Below are positions 36,429-45,647 of a stretch of 64,000 nt of DNA, in pieces. This DNA comes from Actinomycetota bacterium (GTDB lineage: Bacteria > Actinomycetota > Geothermincolia > Geothermincolales > RBG-13-55-18). Every line of letters starts with the position of its first letter. The first letter of the stretch is position 1. The notes beneath the pieces were generated by a model. The model did no database searches. It saw only the letters and a program-made list of their open reading frames with translations, and had not been told where the DNA came from. The stretch spans positions 154,553 through 218,552 of the forward strand of contig JASEFK010000006.1 in the NCBI GenBank assembly GCA_030019255.1, in the 5' to 3' direction. Both the position numbers and the translations under genes were made by a program.

Positions 36429-37277
36429 TCACCTCGGCTTCCTGGCCCGGAGCCCCAGGCTCCTGACCCCGCGCAACAGGCGGTTTGCCTCCTCCAGGGG
36501 CAGCCCGAGTTCGGCGAGCAGCGCCTTGGCAGTAGGGTCGTTGCTCATGAGCTCGATGGGGAAGGGCGATTCCGCCACCACCTCCAGGTTCCGAAAGCCG
36601 GCCTGCTCGATCATCTCCAGGTAATCCTTCTTGAGGGCGGCGCCGGAGATGCAGCCCAAGTAGGCGGCCGTCGACTTCCGCACTGCCTCCGGGAGTTCCT
36701 CCTCCAGGACGATGTCCGAGACCATGAGCCTGCCGCCCGGCTTGAGCACCCGGTATGCCTCCCGGAAGACCCGGGGCTTGTCCGGGGAGAGGTTGATCAC
36801 GCAGTTGGAGATGATCACGTCCACCGAATTATTAGCCACCGGGAGGTTTTCTATCTCCCCCAGCCGGAACTCCACGTTGGAGTAGCCGCCGCGCCGCGCG
36901 TTTTCCCGTGCCCTCTCCAGCATCTCGGGGGTCATGTCCACGCCGATAACCCTGCCCTTTTCTCCCACCCGCCGGGCGGCCAGGAAGCAGTCCAAGCCGG
37001 GGCCGGAACCGAGGTCCAGGACCGTCTCTCCCTCCCGGAGGGAGGCCAGGGCCACCGGGTTTCCGCATCCCAAGCCGAGGTTGGCCCCCTCGGGGACGGA
37101 TTCTAACTCTTCCCTGGTATATCCAATGCGTATGCCGATCTCATCCGCCCGTGCGGGTCCGCAACAGCACAGCTGGGCAGAGCCACAGCAGGAAGATCCA
37201 TTTCCGGCGATAGCTCCGTATCCCTCCCTGACCACCTTCTTCACGTCCCTCTCCTCCATCTCTTCCTCCTTATCCAA
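36429..37277 (-). CDS. arsM: arsenite S-adenosylmethionine methyltransferase
   Basis: VREGYGAIA...SCCGS...LCCCG N-terminal Cys motifs. SAM-binding motif I VLDLGSGPGLD. Third conserved Cys region ...YLGCISGA. AAGGAGG RBS. Confidence 0.85.
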   Translation of the reverse strand: MDKEEEMEERDVKKVVREGYGAIAGNGSSCCGSAQLCCCGPARADEIGIRIGYTREELESVPEGANLGLGCGNPVALASLREGETVLDLGSGPGLDCFLAARRVGEKGRVIGVDMTPEMLERARENARRGGYSNVEFRLGEIENLPVANNSVDVIISNCVINLSPDKPRVFREAYRVLKPGGRLMVSDIVLEEELPEAVRKSTAAYLGCISGAALKKDYLEMIEQAGFRNLEVVAESPFPIELMSNDPTAKALLAELGLPLEEANRLLRGVRSLGLRARKPR

Positions 37278-37396
37278 TCGGGTTATCCTCGACCAATCGA
37301 GTTGTAAAACGCGTTCTTACCGCACCTGCAGGCAATAACGTCCACGGTGGTATCGACTCCCCCACCTCCACGGGAACCGGGTGGAAAAACGTCCGT

Positions 37397-37666
37397 TCAG
37401 GCCAGCCCCCGAAGGACCGGGCCCAACTTCTCCCTCACCAGTTCCCCGAGCTCATCGGCCCTCATGAGGACCACGCAGCAGATCCGGCCGTCCCTCTCCC
37501 AGCTCACCAGGGCCAGGCGGTCCCCCGCCTTGATGCCGGCCCGCTCGCGGAAATCCTTGGGAAGGACCATCTGCCCCCTCTCATCCACGCTCACCAGCGT
37601 CTCCACCCGGCAACCGGTGGACCCGGACGGGGCACAGCAGGCCTCCTCCGCCTTCCTCGCCGCCAT
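37397..37666 (-). CDS. AbrB/MazE/SpoVT-type (swapped-hairpin) DNA-binding protein with an N-terminal Cys triad, immediately upstream of arsM
   Basis: 89 aa from ATG 37666, with a GAGGAGG RBS 5 nt upstream. Sequence MAARKAEEACCAPSGSTGCRVETLVSVDERGQMVLPKDFRERAGIKAGDRLALVSWERDGRICCVVLMR.... It carries the SpoVT/AbrB signature (QMVLPKDFRE..GIK.GD.L). The listed ORF start 37843 lies in AT-rich non-coding DNA. Confidence 0.6.
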   Translation of the reverse strand: MAARKAEEACCAPSGSTGCRVETLVSVDERGQMVLPKDFRERAGIKAGDRLALVSWERDGRICCVVLMRADELGELVREKLGPVLRGLA

Positions 37667-37706
37667 GGACGCCTCCTCGCTCTCCACTGCGATCTGTGTT
37701 TGAATT

Positions 37707-37731
37707 TTCTGAATATTCTTATATTTCAGAA
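37707..37731. promoter_or_regulatory. imperfect palindrome TTCTGAATAT-tctt-ATATTTCAGAA in an AT-rich promoter upstream of the AbrB-like/arsM operon (candidate operator)
   Basis: Read directly. TTCTGAA (37707-37713) and TTCAGAA (37725-37731) are reverse complements flanking AATAT/ATATT. It sits 40-65 nt upstream of ATG 37666. Confidence 0.4.
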
Positions 37732-38822
37732 AATTACTGCAAAAGTCAAGCCGCACCCGGAGGTGCGGCGGAGGGCCAGGGAGACCATTCCCCGGAGCAG
37801 GCTCCGGAAGTATTCGTGCCGGGTCCCGTCGGCCCTTCCCCACAGGCGGCGGACCTTATCCGCCCAGGGGCCGAAGAAGGCGGGGTGTTCCGGGTAGTCC
37901 CCGTACGACCTACGCAGGGCCGCGGCGGTGCCGGCCAGGGCGGCCATGCGCGCCAGGGAGGAGGGGCGCAATTTCCCGGAGGCGATCCCCCGGGCCATGG
38001 TGGGAAGCCCCCCTGGCCACCTCCGCGAGGTCGGACCTCAGCTCGTATTCCAGGTTGAAGCCACGGTCCCCTCCTCGCTGAAGATGCCGGGCACGGAATA
38101 GAGGAAGTCTGTCCCCCTTTCCATGACTCCATGTACACCACCAGGGTGTCCAGGTCTTCCGGGGGGTCGTCCTCCCATCAGGGACTTACGGGAACCCTCG
38201 TCCTCACCGCCCCCCGGAGCCCGGAGGCGTCCACCACCAGGCGACCGCGCAGTTCGTACTCCGAATCCCCCCTGCGGACCCTCATTCCCTTCGGGAATCC
38301 CCTCTTCCAAAGCAGGTCCAGGAATTCCGTCTCCTCCCGGAATTCCACCCCCTCCTCCGCCGCGTAACCCCGCAGGCGCCTCATGAAAGCCGGTTTGTCC
38401 ATGTCCAGGGTTACCAGGCGGGCGGTGACCCGATGTCCGCCCCCCGTGGACCACATGGTAATGGTTTCCAGGCGGTGCAGCAGCTTCTTTCCCCGCGGGA
38501 GGGGGATGGCGAACCTCTCGAAGGAAGGTTTTTCCATGTGGAAGGGCCCTATGGACCTGCCCAGCGAATCCAGTCTCTACCTCTCCAGCACCAGGCAGCG
38601 GAAACCCGCCTCTGCCAGCTTCCAGGACAGATAGGTGCCCGACGTCCCCGCGCCTACGATGATCGCGTCGTATTCATCCGCCACCGTTGGTCGCCCCTTT
38701 TCTCTCCCCGCCTTCGCCGTCCCCGGAAGGACGAGGGATACTCTCCCCTCTCCTCTCTCCCCTTCCCCCGCCACCGCGCATCCCGCCATCGTCGCCTGTT
38801 CCCTTTTCCGGGCCGGCCCCAC
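37726..38822 (-). pseudogene. geranylgeranyl-reductase-family FAD-dependent oxidoreductase, disrupted (at least 3 frame changes and stops)
   Basis: Three same-strand fragments in different frames together cover one GGR-type protein. N-terminus YDAIIVGAGTSGTYLSWKLAEAGFRCLVLER (38577-38822). Middle ...EYELRGRLVVDASGLRGAVR (38178-38537). C-terminus ...GIASGKLRPSSLARMAALAGTAAALRRSYGDYPEHP... (37726-37998). Confidence 0.55.
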
Positions 38823-39115
38823 CCCGGCCTTCTCGCGGCCTTTCTATATATATGACCCAAGGTGGGAGCCTTCGATTTTCCCGTGGGACCCGGCTCCCTG
38901 CCTCCCATCCGTCGCCGACCTCGATTCCGCCTGCTGCCCGCAAGGTCTTGCCCGGGCCCGCACCGCATGCCTGCCGGGCACAATCTCACCGCGGACCCGG
39001 ATATTACTCCTATCTCTCGCCGCCGTGAACCGTTCCCGACCCTCCCTCCGGGTCTCGTAGCCCGCAGGGCCAAGCCATGATCTTCCCTTGAATCGGCAGC
39101 GTTCCTCCCGCTTCC

Positions 39116-39916
39116 TCAGACCAGGATATCGCGCCGCTCGAACAGGTAGACCGAAAGCGCTTCCAGCGCCAGCGACGCGGCCAGGAGCACCAGGACGTGC
39201 ATGGCGTTCAGCCCGTTCTTTAGGGGGTCGGCCGCGATGTAGTAATAGAAGGGAGATACCCTGCTCCAGGGCTTGAGCCCCTCCACCAGGCTGGAGAGGG
39301 AGTAGAGGAAGAAGGAGGCCACCGCCACGGCGGCGGCGACGCCCACCGCCCGCCCGCGCCTGCCGGTCAGGCAACCCACGGCCAGGGCCAGCGAGCCGAA
39401 GAAAAGGGCCAGGAGGACGCAGGAGAGACATGCCGCCGCCAGCCGCGCGGCACTGATATCCATTCCCACCCCGGCGGCGCCCAGGGCCAGGGAGGCCCAG
39501 AGGACCAGCCCCAGGCAGAGAACCGCGGTGAACATGGCCGCCGCCTTCTCCAGCACCACCCGGCGCCGGGACACGGGATTGGCCAGGAGGATGTCCAGGG
39601 TTCCCTTCCCCTCCTCTCCGGCCACGGCCGCGCTTCCCCGGGAGACGGCGAAGATGATGAAAAGGATGGGGGCCATCATGAAGAACAGCTCTCCCTGGAG
39701 GTACCCGGCCGGGGAGGTGTAATCCTCCGCGTTCTCCCCGATGAAGGCCTTCATCCACTCCGGCGCTTCCTCCAGGAACTCGGTCACCGCCGGAGTCCTG
39801 GAGATGGTGGGATAATAGGCCACCAGGAAGACGCAGAGGGCTACTATCCCCACCGTCCACCAGGCGAAGGAGACCCGCTGGTCCCGCAGGGTCTTCAGGT
39901 ATATGTTCCTAAGCAT
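39116..39916 (-). CDS. ABC-2-type transporter permease
   Basis: 266 aa, six TM helices, typical ABC-2 permease. It overlaps the upstream ATPase gene by 8 nt. Confidence 0.75.
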   Translation of the reverse strand: MLRNIYLKTLRDQRVSFAWWTVGIVALCVFLVAYYPTISRTPAVTEFLEEAPEWMKAFIGENAEDYTSPAGYLQGELFFMMAPILFIIFAVSRGSAAVAGEEGKGTLDILLANPVSRRRVVLEKAAAMFTAVLCLGLVLWASLALGAAGVGMDISAARLAAACLSCVLLALFFGSLALAVGCLTGRRGRAVGVAAAVAVASFFLYSLSSLVEGLKPWSRVSPFYYYIAADPLKNGLNAMHVLVLLAASLALEALSVYLFERRDILV

Positions 39917-40829
39917 GGCTCGCGCCTCCGGATTCCCCGCCCCCCTCGCGGTACATCTCCAGGAATATCTCCTCCAGGCCCACCTCGGGACTTACCACGT
40001 TGAGGACCTCGAAGCGGGCCACCGCCTTCACCAGGGCATCCACGCTCCCGGTCACCGTGCAGGTAAGTACGCGGTCCTCCAGGCGCAGGTCCCGCACCCC
40101 CGGGATATCCCGGAAATCCCGCGGGGATACCGGGTTCGCGAAGTGGATCTCCAGCCTGCGCAGCGCCTTCCGCTTCAGCGCCTCCACCTCGTCCACGGCC
40201 ACCAGGGTGCCCTCGCGGATCATCCCCACCCGGTCACACATCCTCTCCACCTCCGGGAGGTTGTGGGAGGAGATGAAATATGTGGTGCCCTCCCCTGCCG
40301 TCTCCCGCACTAGGCGGTGGAACTCGTTCTGCATCAGGGGGTCCAGGCCGCTGGTGGGCTCGTCCATGATCAAGAGTTCGGGGCGGTGGATGAAGGCCTG
40401 GAGGATGGCCAGCTTCTGGCGGTTACCCCGGGAGAGGGTCCTGATGGGACGGTCCAGGTCGCACTCCAGGCGCTCGGCCAGGAGGGAGACGTAGCCTCGG
40501 TCCACCCCGCCCCTCAGGTTCCCCAGGAAGCGCAGGAACTCCTCGCCGGTGAGGTTCTCGTAGAGCACGGGTTCCCCGGGCAGGTAACCCACCCGCCGCC
40601 GTATTTCCACGGAGCGCGAACGTACGTCCATGCCCAGGACCTCCGCCCTCCCGGCGCTGGGCCGGATGAGGTCCAGGAGCAGGCGGATGGTGGTGGTCTT
40701 TCCCGCCCCGTTGGGTCCCAGGTAGCCGAAGACCTCGCCGCGCCTCACCTCGAGGTTCAGGTCCCTGACCCCGCGGGCGCGGCCGTAATACTTGGTCAGT
40801 CCCTCGGTGAGTATGACCGTGTCGGCCAT
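39909..40829 (-). CDS. ABC transporter ATP-binding protein
   Basis: Walker A GPNGAGKTT, signature LSRGNRQKLAI, Walker B LLIMDEPTSGLD, H-loop. Confidence 0.9.
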   Translation of the reverse strand: MADTVILTEGLTKYYGRARGVRDLNLEVRRGEVFGYLGPNGAGKTTTIRLLLDLIRPSAGRAEVLGMDVRSRSVEIRRRVGYLPGEPVLYENLTGEEFLRFLGNLRGGVDRGYVSLLAERLECDLDRPIRTLSRGNRQKLAILQAFIHRPELLIMDEPTSGLDPLMQNEFHRLVRETAGEGTTYFISSHNLPEVERMCDRVGMIREGTLVAVDEVEALKRKALRRLEIHFANPVSPRDFRDIPGVRDLRLEDRVLTCTVTGSVDALVKAVARFEVLNVVSPEVGLEEIFLEMYREGGGESGGASHA

Positions 40830-40935
40830 CCGCCGACTCCTTTCCGCCCTCTCTCATCACGCCGGACCCGAGATCCTCCTCCGCGGGCCGCCGGACCCGC
40901 GGCCCCCGTGCAAGCACTGCGCCTCCGGGTGCATC

Positions 40936-41904
40936 TCAGCCCGACGCCTTACTTCTCACCTCCGCCCGCATGAGTATCCTACCACAGGCTCCCCGCGGCC
41001 AGGCGTCACCGTAGCAGGAGATGGGGATGTCGAAAAGGGTTCCCGAGAACTCTGGTTCCTCCTCCACTCCCTGGGCCATCCTCTCCAGGAGGAGCATGAC
41101 CCGGAACCAGGCCTTGTGCAGGGCCATGATGCAGGGGTCCTTTCCCGTTTCCCGCCGCAGCACACGTCCCACGGAATCCAGGACCACCTCGTCGCCCGAC
41201 ACGTGGCCGGCGGGGCAGCCCACCGCCTCCACCACCCTGAGCACCACCCGGAGGTCCCGGAACCTCTCCATGGCCCGCAGGCGCATGACCCTCTCGGGGC
41301 GGGAAAGGAAGACCTCCATCTCCTCCGGGGAGAGGGGCAGGTCGGACGAAGGTGCGGGGGCGCAGGTGGCGGCATCGCGCTCCCCCGCGGAGTCCTTGAA
41401 CGCCCGGTCCCGCCCCCGCTGCCGCCGGTCGGTGATAAAAAGGTAGGGAAGGAGGCGCAGCATGCCGCGCACCGCCTCCAGGAAGGGCATCCTCTCCCTG
41501 CTCACCCGGAAAACGCACCTCCCCAGGCCGCCCTGCTCCAGGCCCGGGTCCGTACAGGCCACGGTGTGGAAGACCATGTCGTTGGGGTCCCTGCCCCGCA
41601 GCATGTGGTCATAATAGGAATAGATGACCGGCGAGAGCTGGGAAAGGCCGTGGACGCATATGGTGGCCGGACTTTTCCTCCTGATCAGTCCCCCCATGGC
41701 ATCGAAATACAGGGGACGTCCCTCGTAGTTCTGGCCCATGCAGTGGCGCGAGTACACCGGCTCCGCCTTTATCCAGTAGAACATGTCCCTGACGCTGATG
41801 GCATCCAGCAGGCCGGTGCGCCTGGCCTTCTCCAGCTCCTCCGGGGTGTAACCCCAGCGGTTCCTTATCAACCTCATGGTAACTTTTTCCATCAGGCCAC
41901 CCAT
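40936..41904 (-). CDS. conserved hypothetical protein (Cys-containing, possibly internally duplicated)
   Basis: 322 aa from ATG 41904, with a perfect AAGGAGGTG RBS 6 nt upstream. The listed ORF start 41991 is a junk extension. No family recognised. Confidence 0.5.
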   Translation of the reverse strand: MGGLMEKVTMRLIRNRWGYTPEELEKARRTGLLDAISVRDMFYWIKAEPVYSRHCMGQNYEGRPLYFDAMGGLIRRKSPATICVHGLSQLSPVIYSYYDHMLRGRDPNDMVFHTVACTDPGLEQGGLGRCVFRVSRERMPFLEAVRGMLRLLPYLFITDRRQRGRDRAFKDSAGERDAATCAPAPSSDLPLSPEEMEVFLSRPERVMRLRAMERFRDLRVVLRVVEAVGCPAGHVSGDEVVLDSVGRVLRRETGKDPCIMALHKAWFRVMLLLERMAQGVEEEPEFSGTLFDIPISCYGDAWPRGACGRILMRAEVRSKASG

Positions 41905-42338
41905 CCTCGCCACCTCCTTCTCTCTATATCCCGCCCGGCCCCACTCCCGGACGGGAGAAAGACCGGGCCTCCCCGCCCTTCCCTCGTCCATCCCCTACGG
42001 TCGGCAAGTGATTCCCGAAAGGAACAGACCTCTTATCTCCCCGGCCACCATCCCGCGTTCCGATCCCTGTCCTGGTCAACGGGCCAGGGACATCTCACCG
42101 GTAGCGGTTTCTATTCTCTTCCCCGCCTCGATCCGGGGCAACCCACCGCCTCCACCCGCAAAGCCGGCATACGGCTCCGAATGCTGAAACCAGGCCGGTT
42201 TCAAGGCCCCTACCGGGAGGAGGCTGCATTATACTTAAGGTTGATGCTTCCGGCCCCGCGGGAGGATAAACCGGGAGCCGGAGGACGGGTCCACGGGGGC
42301 GGATGGTAACGTGCCTCACGCGCCGGAAGGGAGGAGAA

Positions 42339-43529
42339 ATGAACCGGGGCTACCCTTTCTTCGACCGGGAGAGCTGTGACCTGTGCGGGGAATGCCTGGC
42401 CCGCTGCCGATACCTGGGCCTTTCCCTCCCGGAGGCGCGCGAGGAGATGCGGCGCCTGGTGGAGGGCCTTCCCACGCGGGTGGTGCACCGCCGGTGCATA
42501 AGCTGTTACGCCTGCGACGCCTTTTGCCCCCGGGGATGCCGCCCCTACGAGCTCATCATCTCCGCCTGGCACCGCCGCTACCGCGAGCGGGGCCTGCCCG
42601 TTAGGGCCGCCTACCTCATGCCCGCTTCCCGTCCCAACTTCCGCACGGACCTGGTGCAGACCATGAGTCCCCGCGAAAGGGAGCTTCTGCGGCGGTGGCG
42701 GGAAACGTCCCCCGAGGGCGAGCTGGTCCTCTACCCCGGCTGCAACGCCCTGGCCCTTCCCCACCTGCTCGACGCTCCCTTCCTCCGGGAGGTGGTCGTC
42801 TCCGGCGACTTCGACCTCTGCTGCGGGGAGATGTACTTCCGCATGGGCCTCTTCGACGTGGTCCAAGAGACGGCCGAAAAACTTACCGCCTATTACCGTG
42901 GCCGATCCATCGGCACCATGCTCTTCGTGTGCCCCGCGGGCCTGAACATGTTCCGCAACGTCCTCCCCGGCCTCTTCGGGGCGAGGTTTGACTTCCGGAC
43001 CATGTACCTGGGCGAGTACCTATGGCAGAAAGTGGAAAGCGGCGAGCTGTCCATAAAGAAGAAGCTCGGCCGCCGGGTGGCGGTGCACGATTCCTGCCAC
43101 GGGAGGATACTGGGGGAGGAGGTCCAGGGCTCGGCCCGCCGCCTTTACACGGCCATGGGGCTGGACCTGGTGGAGCTTTCCGCGGACCCCGGGGAGGGAC
43201 TGTGCTGCGGCATGGCCGCCGGGTGCAACCGTTACCGTCCCGAGGACATGTACCGGGCGGCGGTCATGGAGCTGCGCGAGGCCGCGCGCACCGGGGCCGA
43301 CGAGCTGGCCGTCTACTGCGGGGGTTGCCAGCTAACCTTCTCCCTCATGCGTTGGCTCTACCCCACCCGGCAGCCCGTCCGCCACCTGCTGGAATATCTC
43401 CAGGAGGCCACGGGAGCGCCCGTCCACCATCCCGCTTCCCGTCGCGCCCTGCATCTGCTGGGAAATATTACCATTAAAGCCCTTCCCGGGATGCTTTCCC
43501 GCCGTTCGTACCGTATCCGGATCCCCTGA
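42339..43529 (+). CDS. HdrD/GlcF-like iron-sulfur oxidoreductase: 2x[4Fe-4S] ferredoxin motifs plus two CCG (Cys-rich) domains
   Basis: CDLCGECLARCRY...CISCYACDAFCPRG, then CCG-domain signatures ...LCCGEMYF... and ...GLCCGMAAGCN.... GGGAGGAGAA RBS before ATG 42339. Confidence 0.75.
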   Translation: MNRGYPFFDRESCDLCGECLARCRYLGLSLPEAREEMRRLVEGLPTRVVHRRCISCYACDAFCPRGCRPYELIISAWHRRYRERGLPVRAAYLMPASRPNFRTDLVQTMSPRERELLRRWRETSPEGELVLYPGCNALALPHLLDAPFLREVVVSGDFDLCCGEMYFRMGLFDVVQETAEKLTAYYRGRSIGTMLFVCPAGLNMFRNVLPGLFGARFDFRTMYLGEYLWQKVESGELSIKKKLGRRVAVHDSCHGRILGEEVQGSARRLYTAMGLDLVELSADPGEGLCCGMAAGCNRYRPEDMYRAAVMELREAARTGADELAVYCGGCQLTFSLMRWLYPTRQPVRHLLEYLQEATGAPVHHPASRRALHLLGNITIKALPGMLSRRSYRIRIP

Positions 43530-44050
43530 CCGGGATTAACATATCCTCGAACCCCGAGACCCCCTCTCCCTATCTCGCCTTCGAAGCTCGCCCCCCAGGC
43601 CCGAACGGGCGACCGCGCCGCCACCGTTCCCCGAGGAAAGCCAGCCTCCCCCGGGGGACTCCCGTCCACTCTCGCGCGCTGCACCATCTCCTACCCATGC
43701 GTTACCACCCTCGTAGTCACGTCATCGCGCATCCGCACAAGCGTCCCGGCCACGCACATCCCCAAGACCCCGGAAACACCCACCACGTTCCGGCACGCCG
43801 GGGACCCGCACCCCCTCGTTCCGCTGGGGCGAGAATGCCGCCACCACTACCAAAACGCCGGGAGCGACGCGGGATTCACCGTCCACCAACTCCGCGGCGG
43901 CCTCCCCGGCCGATAGGGGCCTCGCGGAGCGGCCTTCCCGTGCGGCGAAAGTTGAAGCGGCTCCCGGGGATGAAAGATAATGGGCTTGCCCCCGCCGGCA
44001 GGCGGGGCACATCACGGGAAGGAGAATGGCACCGAGAGGGAGGGGGAAAG

Positions 44051-45193
44051 ATGGACTTCGCACTCACCGAGGAACAAAAGGCCCTGCAGCGGACGGTGCA
44101 CGAGTTCGCCGCCAACGAGATCCGGCCCGTGGCCCGGCAGTACGACGAGAGCGGCGAGTTCCCCTGGGAGGTGATCCGCAAGGCGGCCCGGCTGGAGCTC
44201 ACCTATTCGGGCGTACCCGAGGAATACGGGGGGCCCGGCCTGGGAATGCTGGACAACGTGATCATCATCGAGGAGCTGGGTTGGGGGTGCGTGGGCATAG
44301 CCTCGGCCATCGCCCTCAACCAGATCGCCATCCTCCCCGTTCTGCTGGCGGGTACCGAGGAACAGAGGCGGGAATACCTGGGCCGTCTCACTGACCCCGA
44401 CAATCCACGCCTGTGCGCCTTCGGTCTTACCGAGCCGGAGGCGGGTTCCGACGCCGCCTCGCTCAAGACCCGCGCCGTCCGGGACGGTGACGAGTACGTG
44501 CTCAACGGGCAGAAATGTTTCATCACCAACGGCGGGGTGGCCGACTTCTACACCATCTTCGCCACCGTGGACCCGGAAAAGAGGTACCAGGGCATCACCG
44601 CCTTCCTGGTGGACGCGGACACCCCTGGCTTTTCCATCGGGAAGATAGAGCACAAGATGGGCATGCGGGCCTCCCAGACGGCGGAGCTGATCCTCGAGGA
44701 CGTGCGCGTGCCCGCCTCCAGCGTCCTGCGGGGCGAGGGCCAGGGCTTCTACGTGGCCATGGAGACCCTGGACACCTCCCGGCCCGGGGTGGGAGCCATC
44801 GGGGTGGGCCTGGCCCGCGCCGCCTTCGAGGAGGCCCTGGCCTACTCCAAGCAGCGGGTGCAGTTCGGGAAACCCATCTGTCGCCAGCAGGCCATCGCCT
44901 TCATGCTGGCGGACATGGCCACCAAGATCGACTACGCCCGCCTCCTCTGCTACCGCGCCGCCTGGATGCTGGACCAGGGGATGAACGCCATCAAGGAATC
45001 CTCCATGGCCAAGTACGTGGGAACCGACGTGGCCATGGAGGTGTGCACGGACGCGGTGCAGATCCACGGCGGGTACGGTTACATGAAGGACTACCTGGTG
45101 GAGAAGCTCTTCCGGGACGCCAAGATCCTGCAGATCGTGGAGGGCACCAACCAGATCCAGCGCCTGGTCCTCTCCGCCCAGCTCTTGGCCTGA
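44051..45193 (+). CDS. acyl-CoA dehydrogenase
   Basis: MDFALTEEQKALQRTVHEFAANEIRPVARQYDESGEFPWEV...AFGLTEPEAGSDAA...YVLNGQKCFITNGG... and the C-terminal QIHGGYGY...IVEGTNQIQRLV catalytic-base region. 380 aa from ATG 44051. The listed start 43697 is an extension. Confidence 0.9.
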   Translation: MDFALTEEQKALQRTVHEFAANEIRPVARQYDESGEFPWEVIRKAARLELTYSGVPEEYGGPGLGMLDNVIIIEELGWGCVGIASAIALNQIAILPVLLAGTEEQRREYLGRLTDPDNPRLCAFGLTEPEAGSDAASLKTRAVRDGDEYVLNGQKCFITNGGVADFYTIFATVDPEKRYQGITAFLVDADTPGFSIGKIEHKMGMRASQTAELILEDVRVPASSVLRGEGQGFYVAMETLDTSRPGVGAIGVGLARAAFEEALAYSKQRVQFGKPICRQQAIAFMLADMATKIDYARLLCYRAAWMLDQGMNAIKESSMAKYVGTDVAMEVCTDAVQIHGGYGYMKDYLVEKLFRDAKILQIVEGTNQIQRLVLSAQLLA

Positions 45194-45217
45194 GGGATAC
45201 CGCCGGCCCGCGCCGCC

Positions 45218-45496
45218 TCACGTTTTCTCGTAGGTCACGCCCGTGCCGGCGGGTGGGTAGCTGAAATCCACGGCTCCCTTCTCGCAGGCCAGGTAGCAGC
45301 TGCCGCATTCCAGGCACCATTGCCGGTACCTGGAGGAGAGGGCGGCCCTGCCCTTGCTTACCTTCCATAGGTCCATGGGACAGATGACCGCGCAGGCGCC
45401 GCATCCGTCGCACCCTTCCTCCCGGAGGAAGATGAAGTGGCGGGGGGAAGGCCTTATTCTTACCAGTTTCTTCCTGTCGATGCGCAGGGGCTCCAT
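45218..45496 (-). CDS. fixX: FixX-type ferredoxin-like protein
   Basis: 92 aa with one full Cys cluster motif (CDGCGACAVICP) and a second Cys-containing region (CLECGSCYLACEKG); this size and pattern is typical of FixX. Immediately downstream of the fixC-like gene. Confidence 0.75.
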   Translation of the reverse strand: MEPLRIDRKKLVRIRPSPRHFIFLREEGCDGCGACAVICPMDLWKVSKGRAALSSRYRQWCLECGSCYLACEKGAVDFSYPPAGTGVTYEKT

Positions 45497-45647
45497 TCAA
45501 TTCCCTCCTTCGTCCTCGACCGGGAAGGTCGCGTGCATTCCGATCGTCTTCCGGGTCCCCCTCCCCCTTGCCTCCCGGGTCCCACCCGGATTCATCCGGC
45601 ATCCGTCCCCTCCCGGGACCTTCGTCCACTTCCGGGTCCGACCGTCC

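Noticed and set aside
37700-37897. 65-aa + ORF in the ars promoter island
   Set aside because: It lies in AT-rich promoter DNA, overlaps the candidate operator, and has no RBS.
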